Shown here in pieces: positions 1 to 12,612 of a DNA stretch of 64,000 bases. The stretch lies in NCBI GenBank assembly GCA_964252035.1, contig OZ176213.1; one strand, 5' to 3'. Both the position numbers and the translations under genes were made by a program. The stretch comes from Podarcis erhardii. Taxonomy: Eukaryota. The notes beneath the pieces were generated by a model that saw only the letters and a program-made list of their open reading frames with translations, made no database searches and was not told where the DNA came from. Every line of letters starts with the position of its first letter. The first letter of the stretch is position 1.

Positions 1-744
1 ACTCCAGTCCCACTTACCAGTCAATAAAAATAATTAAATAAAATCCAATCCTTGGATTTTTCTCCCCGCACCACAATGCCGCCGGCCCCCATCTCTTTTG
101 TATTTACTCCACTTATAAAGGAGCATTGAGTGCCTGGATGGCTGGTGCTGGGAATGCATAATAAGCCACTCGAGCCTGGGAGAGAAAATGGACAGGCCAG
201 CAGCCAGTAAATGGAACTCGAGAGACCCCTGACATTCTCCCTTTTAAAGGGGGGAAGAGGGAGAAAGGAGGAACTGAAGGGGAGATGGCGAGCACCTCTG
301 CCTCCAGCACCCCTCTTGGCTCCCATTTCTCTCTCTCCTCCCTCTCTCTCCTATGTTGTTAATGCAAAAGGACGGAGAAGAAAGTGCAGCTAAAAGCCCT
401 GCTGCATGCCAGCTCTGGATTTCAGGGCAAATCTGAAAAGAGCTTTTCCAAACTCACCCTCTATGAAATGCGCTCATTGCTCCCTCATGCCCACCCCTTT
501 CTGCACAGGGCAAACCCAACTGTCTTTCTGCATGGAAAGCTCATGTTCAGAGGTAATAGGACTGGGAACACTGGCTCTCAAAAGATCTGGCTGTGTCCTA
601 CGGAACAGAAGGTATGAGCCATCAGAAGAGAGAGGCCTTGAGGAGGGTCCTTGAAGTTGCCCATCCACAATTAGGGGTCAGCAGAGCCCAGTCAAATGGC
701 CAGAGTCACATTTTCGTTTGGCTGGAGAAAATGATAATAATAAT

Positions 745-1480
745 GTATTTATACTCAACCCATCTGGCTGGGTTTCCCCAGCCACTATGGGCAGCTCCCA
801 ACAGAATTAAAAGCACAATGAAACATCAAACATTAAAAACTTCCCGAAACAGGGCTGCCTTCAGATGTCTTCTAAAAGTCAGATACAGTGGTACCTCATG
901 TTATGGATGGGATCCGTTCTGAAGGCCCATCCGTAACATAAAAAGCCCACAACTCAAAGCGCCACATCTGCACAGGTGCACAGCGCAATTTGGTGCTTCT
1001 GCACATGCGTGAGCGGCGAAACCCAGAAGTAACCTATTCCAGTACTTCCAGGTTGCCACCGGACACAAGATGAAAACACGCAACCTGAAGCGGACGTAAC
1101 ATGAGGCATGACTGTAGTTGTTTATTTTTTTGACATCTGGTGGGAGGGCATTCCACAGGGTGGGCACCACTACCAAGAAGGCCCTCTGCCTGGTTCCCTG
1201 TAGCTTCACTTCTCACAGTGAGGGAACTGGCAGAAGGCCCTTGGAGCTGGACCTCAGTGTCCGGACTGGATGATGGGGGTATACTGGGCCAAGGCCATTT
1301 AGAGCTTTAAAGGTCAGCACCAACACTTTGAATTGTGCTCAGAAACATACAGGGAGCCAATGAAGGTCATTCAGGACCAGCGTTATATGGTGTTGGCAGC
1401 CACTCCCAGTCACCAGTCTAGTTGCCGCATTCTGGATTAGTTGCATTTTCCGGGACAACTTCAAAGGTAGCCCCACAAAA
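745..1480 (-). mobile_element. L2-type LINE 3' fragment interrupted by a mariner MITE
   Basis: Minus-strand ORFs KLQLIQNAATRLVTG...HWLPV and RAFLVVVPTLWNALP are L2 RT C-terminal motifs. Confidence 0.75.
886..1114. mobile_element. Tc1/mariner-type MITE (CAGTGGTACC TIR family)
   Basis: TA|CAGTGGTACCTC...GAGGCATGACTG|TA. Removing it restores the host L2 sequence. Confidence 0.75.
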
Positions 1481-2108
1481 TTCAGACAAGTGCAAATTTC
1501 TAAGGAGGGCTGCGTTTCAAGTCTCACATTTTTCAGAAAATGTGATTTAGATAGCTTCACCTTTCAATGTGAACTGAATCGAATTTCTTCCTGTCCCTAA
1601 TCAAGAGTGGAAAAATGGGAGATGCACTTGGAATTTAAAACTATCTCAAATACCTTTATGTATCTTTAGATGTTAATATATTTGTCTGAAACCTGGGGAA
1701 GCAAATGGGGTAGTGGGGGGAAATTTGGAGGAACATCCCCTGCCCCTTGCTCCCTTTCTGACTGATTAGTCTCCTCCTTTCTTCTTCTTATTGTTTCCCC
1801 TTTCTGTTGCCATAGTTCCCACACATTTCTCTGTTTATAGTGGGTGGAGGCAAAGCAGTTCCATCTGCCATATTTTTCTGTCAAGGGTCACCAACCTTTC
1901 AGGGCACATCTGCAACCTGGAGAGGATGTTGGGGGCAACATGCAGAGGCTGCAACCATGCACATGTGCCCTGCTACAGTGCACATGCATGCACACTCAGA
2001 CACAGCTGCGGCTGTGACCTCCATGCAGTAGGCTAAGGGCTCTCCCAGATGACCTGTTTACTGAGCATTCGTCCTGATATGCTTTAGCGGTGGTTAGACT
2101 AGGGCTAC

Positions 2109-2617
2109 GACAAACCTAGACAGCATCTTAAAAAGCAGAGACATCATCTTGCCAACAAAGGTCCGTACAGTTAAAGCTATGGTTTTCCCAGCAGTGATGT
2201 ATGGAAGTGAGAGCTGGACCATAATGAAGGCTGATCGCCAAAGAATTGATGCTTTTGAATTATGGTGCTGGAGGAGACTCTTGAGAGTCCCATGGACTGC
2301 AAGAAGATCAAACCTCTCCATTCTTAAGGAAATCAGCCCTGAGTGCTCACTGGAAGGACAGATCCTGAAGCTGAGACTCCAATACTTTGGCCACCTCATG
2401 AGAAGAGAAGACTCCCTGGAAAAGACCCTGATGTTGGGAAAGATGGAGGGCACAAGGAGAAGGGGACGACAGAGGACGAGATGGTTGGACAGTGTTCTCG
2501 AAGCTACCAGCATGAGTTTGACCAAACTGCAGGAGGCAGTGGAAGACAGGACTGCCTGGCGTGCTCTGGTCCATAGGGTCCTGAAGAGTCGGACACGACT
2601 AAATGACTAAACAACAA
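2109..2617 (+). mobile_element. 5'-truncated BovB (RTE clade) LINE
   Basis: ORF TKVRTVKAMVFPAVMYGSESWT...RRRGRQRTRWLD...KSRTRLND is the RTE/BovB RT C-terminus. It has a CAA-type tail and a perfect 13-bp TSD AGACTAGGGCTAC (2096-2108, 2618-2630). Confidence 0.92.
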
Positions 2618-4573
2618 AGACTAGGGCTACATTCATACAATACACATAAATAACTGTTGTACCACTTTAAACAGTCGTGGCTTCCCCCAAATAATTCTGT
2701 GAGATGCAGCTTGATAAAGATGTTTAAAGTTCTTATGAGACCCCTATTCCAGTCTCAAGTTCAGTTCATCCCAATCTCCACCTCTGTTTGTGAATGCTTT
2801 TTTTTAAAGTCCTCAGCATTTTCATACAAATTTCTCCTAACATACACATTTTTGTATGCATTTTTGGCTAATATGCACATTTTTGCACAAAGAAGCATTC
2901 TTTAAGGAGTTCTTCATGTACTCATACCAGACCCTATAAGTGTCCTTATTTTCCGTGGACAGCCCTGGATTTACTGAAGCCGTTCCAGTTTCTGATTTGA
3001 TCCTGGGATATCCTGCTTTTCCTTAAGATGTCCCGATTTTCTTCAGAGAAATGTTGGAGGGTATACTTTACCCTAGCACATGAATTTTGTGTATACATTA
3101 TGCAGCTGGAGAATTGCTTTGCAAAATTCAGAGAAGTGCAGATTTCAAAGGCTGGCTGAGTTTGGGCTCATGTGTAGTTTGGAAAAGGCTAAATTCTGTA
3201 AGTTTGTCTTTAAAAGCAAACTGAATCGAACTTCTCCCCCATCACTAGGTATGTGGCATGGGAAAGGTCCCAAGGGCCTGACAAAGAGGCATAGGGGGCC
3301 TCATTCTGTTCCCTAAGCCCAAGGTTCCCCATTGCCATTTTATAGCTATAAGAACAGGACGCAAAGCATTAGAGGAGCCTTCTTCGTGCTTAATGCGTAT
3401 CCTTCTCATTGATATTCCAGGAGGAGGGAATTGAGCCAAGGAGCATTATCTTAAAAATAATAACTACTGTATTTGATGGAGCCATTTGTGGGCTTAGAAA
3501 CTATTAAGAATGAGGAGGTGCCTTCCTAGAATGATCCTGTGACAATGGAGGACCCGCAGGTTGCGCTCATCTGGAAACGATTCTGACGAAAAGCACGGCT
3601 TGCAATGCAATAAGGATGCACTAGAGACAGACAATCAGAGAGGCAAGAAAGGGACCTTTGGTGGTATAATATCGGTTGCCACAGGGCCAGGAATGTATCT
3701 CCCTCTGTGACAAATTCATCCCAGTCTGTGGCTCATTGTTTTGTGCACCTGTTCTAACAACACGGCTTACGCTGCCCTAACTCCCACCGATGCTATTGAC
3801 TCACAGGACTTGAGCCAACAGACACATTGTTAGCCAAACACAATTTAGTGGCCTTGATATTGTAACAATTGGAAGCAATTCAATTGCCTACATTACACAA
3901 GGCGCAAGCCCTGACGCGCCTAGTGGTCCCTTCTGACCTTCAAAGTGCATGCGTCGGTGAAACGGTACGGAGAACTTTTAATGGACAGATCGGCAGTGTT
4001 GGACCCTTACGTGTGCTAACAATTAGGACCGCATTGGGCTTTTTAATTACTGTCTGATCTACTGAGGGCTCGGGTGCCAAAGCAAAGCAAAAACAACAAC
4101 AACACAGGGTGAGTTGCTAAGGACACACAAGCCAAACCTGGGACTCAGCTACACAGCTGTAAATTAAACGTTTTAAGCGTGTTGTAGAGTGAATTATGCA
4201 AACGTGGCACTAGATGGCGATGGTGAGCTATGGCGAATTCAATATATTTTTCAAAATGTTTTTTTTTAAAGCATTTTCGCAATTTTTTTTTATATGTGTG
4301 TAGATTCCACCCCGGATGTTGCTTGGCAGGGCATCCACAGTTGTGCCATGAACAGCAGCCTGGGCTAAGGAGAAATCACTGTACCAGGCCCAAGTCAGGC
4401 CCAACGCCATAATGAGACATCCTAGAACAATCTAGCCCCCAACCCCAACTCAGCACGGAGAAGGTTTGGAGTGCACCCTCACGCTGGACATTGTTGTTGT
4501 TACACGTTGTTCCAATCTCTGCATGGTAAGAGACTTCAGGGATTCTAAGCACTTTCTCCAGGCTTTCAGTTTC

Positions 4574-4614
<41 letters not shown>

Positions 4615-4635
4615 ATCTATCTATTTATCTATCTA
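4574..4635. repeat. (TCTA)n microsatellite
   Basis: Visible tandem array that forms the tail of the L1 fragment. Confidence 0.95.
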
Positions 4636-5207
4636 TTGGTTTTTACATATATTTTCCAAACAGAAAAAATCATCTCATCTCATCTTATACATCATTTTTG
4701 CTATTTTAGCCTGAGACTTCCATCAACCACGTCTTACGATTTTCAAACCTCCTCTCTTAATCTTACATTTGTTATCATAACTATTACTTTTAATAATCAG
4801 TAACTTAAAATCCATTCTCATAAGTCTTTTCTGCAATATTTCATATACTGTAGTTCTCCTTACAAAACTTCTTGTAATCCTACAAGTAGTCAATTGATTA
4901 CAATTGTCTTTCAAATATCTTGCATATTTACTCCAATCTTTCAATCTTACCCAATTTTGCATAGTCCATTAATTTTGTCTGCTTTTCCTCTTTCGTCGGT
5001 AGTTCTTCCTGCTTCCATTTCTGTGCCAATAATACTCTTGCTGCAGTTGTTGCATATAAAAACATTTTTTTATCTTGTCTATTAATATCAGTGCCCACAA
5101 TACCAAGTAGAAATGCTTCTGGTTTTTTTTTACAAATGTATATTTCAACATCTTTTTCATCTCATTATAAATCATTTCCCAGAAGCATTTCACTTTCTTA
5201 CATTCCT
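4576..5207 (-). mobile_element. 5'-truncated L1 fragment (ORF2 C-terminus and 3' UTR) with a (TAGA)n tail
   Basis: Frameshifted CKKVKCFWEMIYNEMKKMLKYTF...TTAARVLLAQKWKQEELP. Perfect 15-bp TSD GGCTTTCAGTTTCCT at 4561-4575 and 5208-5222. Confidence 0.85.
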
Positions 5208-7409
5208 GGCTTTCAGTTTCCTTGGAGTGAGGGTCAAAGAAAACTGTGGTGTCTTTCACATGAATGACTTTATTTACACATATATTATGCAACTTGAAGA
5301 CCGGGGGGGGGGGGGGGGGCGGGCTCACAGCATGAACCCCACAACATTTTGCTTCTCTATTCGGATTCCAGGCAAGCCCCCAAGTCACGGCTTTGGATCC
5401 AGCAAGGAGCAGATTGTGTCTCCTGCTTCTATAATCAGACCAGCTCAGTGTCAAACTGCAACTACACATGCAACAGATGGAAATGAAGTGCTAGAGCCCT
5501 GGAGTGGTAAATCAGGCTGTGTCCCATGCAGGCTGGGGCTGGCGGCAGCTGCAGTCTGAAACCTCAGAGTTGTGCCAGGTTGACAAAGACTCCTGTAAGC
5601 ACATGTTTTGAGGAGAGGCTGTTGACGGTGGCTAGATGGAATCCATTGTAGCTTTTACCCTCAGCTCTCCACACTAAGAGAACGGAGACTCTCAGTGCCT
5701 GTTTTGATTTACTGAAGGACGCAAAAAAGAGAGACTGGGGTTGAATTGTGTCAAAAGGCAGCTGCAGCTTCTTACAGCCAAACAAAGAATCTGCTCTATT
5801 ATCTATGGAGAAATAAAACTCCGGCATGAGGAACCAAAGCTCTTTGAGTAAGGCTCAGCTCTTAAATTAGGCCCTGGCTACTCCTGGCCGTGGAAGCTTT
5901 GAAAACTCAGCATCTACCAACAATAGGTTAGGTTGGGAATGAACAAGTGCTTCAGGAGCTCATCTTGAGCAGCAGCTCAGACACTGGCTCTCAACCACAT
6001 GAGGAAAAGCCAGCCAGATTAGTTGGACCAGCAGCACCAGAAGCCGAGGTGTTGGGTACCAATCCGGGCTGCAGCATCCTAGGTGAGCTTGTTGGCCAGG
6101 TAGGGTTAGCATCTTACGTACCATCAAGCACAGAGGGCACCCATTGGCATAAGTTTGCCTTTACTGATTTATATTTGTCGGTGGCCATTCGGAAAGAATT
6201 ACTATGATTTAAACAGGAATATGCAAGACATTACACCATAGTGGGGTAGATTGCGACCAGGTGGCCTTTGTTAAAGTAAGGCAAGTGGCAGCTGTACCCT
6301 TGAGCCAAGCCCTGCTGAACTGAGACCTTCAGAGGCACTGACTCTTAAAGCTGTACCCTGCCCTGCAGAACGCAAACCCCACAAAACACACCACACTTCA
6401 CAAGCCCATTAGACTACTTGTTAACTAAAGAGACTGACAATGAGGAGACAATGAGGAGTCACAATCCTGAGTAGGCTCCAAGTCCTTAGTGAAGGCTGGG
6501 CCCATTAGAGTGAATGGGGCAGCACCCCACCAAGCTCAGTTAGCCTTAAGCCAGCCCCCAACCCACCTGCCTTCTTGCTTACAACCTGCCCACAGGTTGT
6601 CACTGCCTGCCGACTCCTTCCTCCTAAGTCCCTTGCAGAACTCAGCAGGGAGAAGGATGGAGCTAAACTAGAATTAGCTGGCTGTGTCCTTGGCTCTTCC
6701 TCCACCTATCCTTGACTTCCCTGCTTTCTGCCCCACCAATGGCTACCAGTTAACACTGCACCTGAGGAGGTGCAGAAATTTGGGACAAGTAGGCTGGATG
6801 CACAAGAATAAAGGATCTCGGTTTAGCCTCCGACGGCAGAATCAGTTGCTTCCTTGGTATTCTCTGAAGTTCTGCAGCTGAGGCCTGCTTTGCTCCATCA
6901 CACCCTGTCTGCTTCTGCTCAAGGTCAGCATGGGATGGAGTCCAGCTTGAATCTCCTAGTGTGGTTCCTGTTTCCCCCCATTTTGGAAATTAAGGTGGTT
7001 GTATAAGGAGGTTCTTTATATTCACAGCTGCTATATAGCCTTTGTGGTGTAGTGGTTAGAGAGTTAGGTTCAAATCCCCATTCAGCCACAAAGCTCACTC
7101 GGAGACCTTGGGCCAGCCACAGTCTCTCAGCCTGACCTACCTCACAGAATTATTGTGGGGAGAGTGAGACACACCCTCCAACATTTCTCTGATGAAAATA
7201 GGGACATCGAAAATAATAAAAACAACAACAACAACAATTTATTTGTAACCTTCCCATCTGATTGGGTTGCCCAAGTCACTCTGGGAGGCTTCCAACATAT
7301 ATAAAAACACAGCAAAACATTAAACATTAAAGAAACTTCTGCTGCCTTCAGATGTCTTCTAAAGGCTGTATAGTTACTTTTCTCCTTGGCTTGGGGATTG
7401 CATAAGTCT

Positions 7410-7906
7410 GTACCTTCCAACATTTCTCTGATGAAAATAGGGATGTCTTAAGGAAAAGGGTTTGCAAGAAGATCAAACCTATCCATTCTTAAAGAAATCA
7501 GCCCTGAGTTCTCACTGGAAGGACAGATCGTGAGCTGAGGCTCCAATACTTTGGCCACCTCATGAGAAGAGAAGACTCCCTGGAAAAGACTCTGATGTTG
7601 GGAAAGATTGAGGGCACAAGGAGAGGGGGATGACAGAGGATGAGATGGTTGGACAGTGTTCTCAAAGCTACCAGCCTGAGTTCTTGAAGCTACCAGCCTG
7701 AGTTTGACCAAGCTGCGGGAGGCAGTGGAAGACAGGAGTGCCTGGCGTGCTCTGGTCCATGGGGTCACGAAGAGTCAGGCACGACTTAACGACTAAACAA
7801 CAACAACAACAAGGAAAAGGGGGACATTCCAGGATCAAATCAGAGACCGGGACAGCTTCTTTAAATCCGGGGCTATCCCTGGAAAATAGGGACACTTGGA
7901 GGGTCT
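7410..7906. mobile_element. MITE with CCCTCCAA/TTGGAGGG ends, split by BovB
   Basis: The same family occurs at 2927-3064 (reverse orientation) and about 50290-50417. Confidence 0.65.
7461..7810 (+). mobile_element. 5'-truncated BovB fragment nested in a MITE
   Basis: Homologous to 2109-2617, with a (CAA)n tail, TSD AAGGAAAAGGG (7450-7460, 7811-7821) and an internal ~22-bp tandem duplication. Confidence 0.88.
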
Positions 7907-8811
7907 GCAAAGGGGAGCATAGGAAACATGTGCACCACCTTGAATGCCTTGGAAGAAAAGCAGAATATAAATGCAATGAATAAAGCACTCCTCCAGACCA
8001 GTGCTAATCCATATACAACCTCTCCCTGCCCCCCTTCCACCCCACAAGCTCATAATGTCTTACCTGGAGTACTGCAAGATGGCATAAGCTTTAGTCTAGC
8101 TTGCAGCAGCCTTATAATTGGGGGTGGCTGAAGAAAAGACAGGTCAGACCCTCATAATGATTGCGATAGAAATTGGCTGGGAGCTGCATTGCTTTGCATG
8201 GACCCTCTCTCCCAGTGCCAGAGATGGGAGAGGAGGAAGAAAATTGTCAGAGGTGTAAGAGGCCTGACCTTTTGCTGCTTGTTTGTCCCTGAACCTGCCA
8301 CATCTGTTTGAGGAAAGAACCCTTTTTCCCCTTTTTCATAGCTCTCGGATATCATTTGTTGGGGAGCTGGCTGCTGTTTCCCTTCCTGAGAAACCTTTTT
8401 TGAACAAGAGAGATTGAGCTGAGGACGAAACCAGGCCCTCTTACCATCAGGCCACGGAACCTGGGGAATAATATATCTGTCGCTGGGTGAATTCCTCAGT
8501 AACAGGGGCCCTAGGCTGGTTTTCACCCTCTCACTCTGCTCTCATGGAAGAAGCTTGCTTTGGTAGGGGATGGAGAAAGCAGCTTCAAACAAGCATGGCG
8601 CACCCTGTGGTTTACGGCATGAGGGTAGCGCATGTCAGGGTAAATGAGCGAGGTCAACTGCAGCTATACTAGAGAAGTACTTCACTGTCCTTGGTTGAGC
8701 AGTGCATGAATAGCAGAATGAAATGAAGCCGCAGACGGGCGAGGAACAGTGTTTCCTCCGCCTGCAACATCTTCCACATGGATATTTCCAGGCCTTCCGA
8801 CATTAATGCTA

Positions 8812-9031
8812 CAGTGCTACCTCGGGTTACATACGCTTCAGGTTACAGACTCCGCTAACCCAGAAATAGTACCTCGGGTTAAGAACTTTGCTTCAGGATG
8901 AGAACAGAAATCATGTGGTGGCGGCGCGGCAGCAGCAGGAGGCCCCATTAGCTAAAGTGGGGCTTCAGGTTAAGAACAGTTTCAGGTTAAGAACGGACCT
9001 CCGGAACAAATTAAGTACATAACCAGAGAGG
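8812..9031. mobile_element. Tc1/mariner-type MITE, right TIR lost
   Basis: Starts TA|CAGTGCTACCTC. The interior is near-identical to 49481-49722 and 63480-63688. Confidence 0.75.
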
Positions 9032-10583
9032 CTTTGCTTATGATCTCCCCACATCATCTCCCTTCCGCAAAATCTCACATCTCTCCATCATTTCCTTTGG
9101 CACTGAGGGCTGGTGTTCTTTGTTTCAAGGTGTTCCGGCAGTCGTTTATCGAGAGTGCTTGTCTCTTATTTCAAAATTCAGGGGGGAACAGATGTCTGTG
9201 GATCTACTGTAACTGAAGATACTATCTGGAGTAACAAAGAGGGGAAAATTTGATTCAGCTGACATTTGAAGGTGAATCTACCAAATTAGCAAATGGGGAA
9301 GGGGATTAACTGAAACACAGGCGCCCTTCAAAATGTGCAGTTATCAGAATTTTCAGATACAGATCTCTAACGAATGCTTTCAAAAAATTATACATTAAGG
9401 GAAATTGTGAACAACCATGAATATATTTGTGAAATATAACACACTATACCATTAGAAATGCTAATGGTGAAGCAATATAAAAACGCCTTGAATAAATAAT
9501 TGGGGAAATTGCTTGCAAAAATGTGTACAATAGTCAAAACTGCCTACAGAAATATGTTTAGTACCAGACATTTGCACTAAAATACTGATTCTCATATGTA
9601 TTTTTACAAAATAATAAATCGCTACAGAAATATGGATAACTGAATTTAATGCTGGGAAAAGTAGAAACTGAGAGAACCGAATTAACAGATCCATCCATTC
9701 AGTGCTATTTTTCTAGAAAAAGAGGTGCCAGAGCTCACCGTCAGTGCCTTTCTTGTTCTCTTATAATGGCAATGGCCACCATCGGAGAGTTGCTGGAACT
9801 GAGTTCTAGTGAGTTACATCTGAAAAAACACCCTATGTCAATTCTTAATCAGCTGCCCCCCTGCCCCCCTGGCTACGCCCATGGCAACGTGAGTTCCTCT
9901 TTGCTACCCATGAATATCTGAAAATAAGCACATAATACAGATCCGCAATGAGATTCTAACTCAAATAAGCTCACCCTGCAGCCACTCAAGGATGCAGAGA
10001 GCTGTGAAACTGTCGTAAGAAGGTATTGTTCGTGCATCAACTCTATTCTATTCAAAACATCCAACATTTTTTTTTTACAAATGCACAAATCAACAATATG
10101 AGACAGCGATGGGGAACCTCAGTCCTGGGATGGACTCTCCCCTCAGTCTGGCCCTTGGGACTCTCCCCAGAACACACCTTTTCTACATCTACACCAATGG
10201 CTTCACACATTTTTCCAGGCTGGAATGTGTCCTTGAATACTGATACTTTTGCTTGTCTTGAAGGTGGATAGTGCCTCTCTCTGTGTGTGTTTGCAAATTT
10301 ACCTTTTGTACAAAAGCAGAATTAGCATTTATTTCTGCACCCACCTTTCAATGCAGCCCCAATATGGTACAATGTGAGCAAATTAAAAGCCACCCTCAAA
10401 GCCTGCTGCAATAAATGTTTTCACTGCCCAATGAAAAGGAAGATCTCAGGCGTTCTACATCCTTGGTGCCACAACAGAAAATTACATCTTCCTCATGCCC
10501 GCTTGCTGAACTGAAAACAGCTTTCTTCTTTCCAAGGTCAGCACTCTGCACTGACACACACAACTGAGGATAGGAACCCTAAC

Positions 10584-10730
10584 CAGTGGCGTAGCGTGGG
10601 GGGTGCAGGGGGGGCCGGGCGCACCGGGCGCAACATCTGGGGGTTAGGGTTAGGGGGCGCAAATCCACAGGTTAGGGGGCACAAATTACTTGCCTTGCCC
10701 CGGGTGCTGACAACCCACGCTACGCCACTG
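10584..10730. mobile_element. hAT-type MITE containing TTAGGG units
   Basis: 17-bp perfect TIR CAGTGGCGTAGCGTGGG and 8-bp TSD ACCCTAAC/ATCCTAAC. Confidence 0.8.
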
Positions 10731-12529
10731 ATCCTAACAACAAGATATGGTTGTGTGTGTGTGCAGATGTAGGAAATCTCATTTCATGTCAACAACGCTA
10801 GGCATGAGGTCAAGAGTAAATAGGCCTCCCACCAATAATTGAAAAGGCTCGGGAGGAATGGGATGGGATGGAGAAAAGTTTGCTGGTTATTTACTGTGAC
10901 AGCAAGGCAGATCTCGAACTGGTTGTTCCTAGGGTTGCTAACACCATACTGGGTCCCATGGTTGTCTTATTTCATAACATTCCAAAAATGGAACTCTTTG
11001 ATTTCAGCTACTTTCAGTCAATGCAGGGGAACCCATGGAGTTTTAAGTTGGATCCAAACACTCAGGAAACAGCAGGGATATTGATTTGTCTAACCTCCCA
11101 CTAAAACATATTTCCCAAGCACTGAAAGAAGAATTCAAGTTGCAACACTTATTCCCAAACTTATGGAAAATCTCGATCTGTTGACAGAACAGACAGCAAA
11201 GTGGCTTTTGCTGTTCTGTTTTCACAAGGCATGAAATCCCAATAGTCTACAAAGTGGGCCCTACATGAATCGCAAACATAAATTTTGGGAACCTTGGTAA
11301 GTCCAGATCACATCTCTTTTAAAATGCCCAAATATTGCAGCGAACCATTTCTTGGAGAGCTTTAGACCAACAGTGATTAACCTTTTCTAGCCAGTTGTCC
11401 AGATCCTTAACACACACACCCAAGTGTTGTAGGTCATTTTGAATTTTTGACCAATGAAGACATTGTGGCTTCAGCTCCAAGTCAGCCTCCAAACCACACT
11501 CCTGCATGTGTGCGTCTTCTGCTTTGTTTACAATGCAGTCTGTTGAAGAGTTCTGGTGGACTCAGAGGTGTGCCCTGGGAAGTGATGTTACTGGCTCTCC
11601 ATTAAACAGTGGTGCTCCATTTGTGCCCAACCCTGTCCCACTGCAACAGTGCAGCAGAACATAATGCCATTGTAGTTGGAAGAGTCTAGAGCACAGCCTG
11701 GATTTGACTGGGAAGGGCTGTGTCTCTGCTTCGCTCTGCTCTCTGTGGGAGAGACCATAGTCTGAAATCTTGAAGAGCTGCTGCCAGTCAGAGTGGACAA
11801 TACTGAGCTAGATGGACCAATGACTCAACGGTACAAGGCAGCTTCCTATGTTCCTATCACACACATTACCACTGTTTTGGGTCCTTCACAGCAGAACTGC
11901 CTGAGTGGTAAGGATATGCAGGTGTAACATTCAGCTGCTTTATTTCTGAAATTGCAATGGTGTATTTTCCCTAGTAGAGGCATATCTCTGGATACACCAG
12001 TGTAGCAGCTTCTTCCAGATCCTAAAGTTCCCCAGCTGCCATATCTGGAGCATAGGATTGTACCCTAAACACCATATCCCGATCCTTTGGTTCAGCATGC
12101 CTATTTGGATAACAGTCTTTGTTCCTGCAATTTGTCTAACTAGACAAATCATGAAAGCAATATTTTCCTAGGTGGATGGTGCTTGATTCTGGGGAATATA
12201 TGCCTATTTAAAAGCACAGAATCAGAGATACTTCTTTTCTCACCCTCTGCAAGTGTTTATTGACCACTTAAATAGAAAAATATCCAAAATGATATCATGC
12301 ACGTGTAGTAGCTCTTATATTCCATCACTTGCATGTGCACGGGTGGAACAGTTTGTAAGAACTGTTTGTAAAAGCCTTTGTAGCCTATGCAATGCTAGGG
12401 GAACCTTTTCTTATCTGCTGAGGGCCACATTCCCTTGGGGATACTTTTTTTTGGGGGGGGGGGCGGAGGGCACATGCAGTAGGTAGGGCCAGAGCCAAAA
12501 GTGGGCAGAATTTACAAGATTGCATAGAA

Positions 12530-12530
<1 letters not shown>

Positions 12531-12572
<42 letters not shown>

Positions 12573-12612
12573 GGTGTGGGTGTGGGTGTGTATTGGTGTG
12601 TGTGCGCGCACA
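12531..12612. repeat. Compound (CT)n/(GT)n microsatellite
   Basis: Visible tandem array. Confidence 0.9.
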
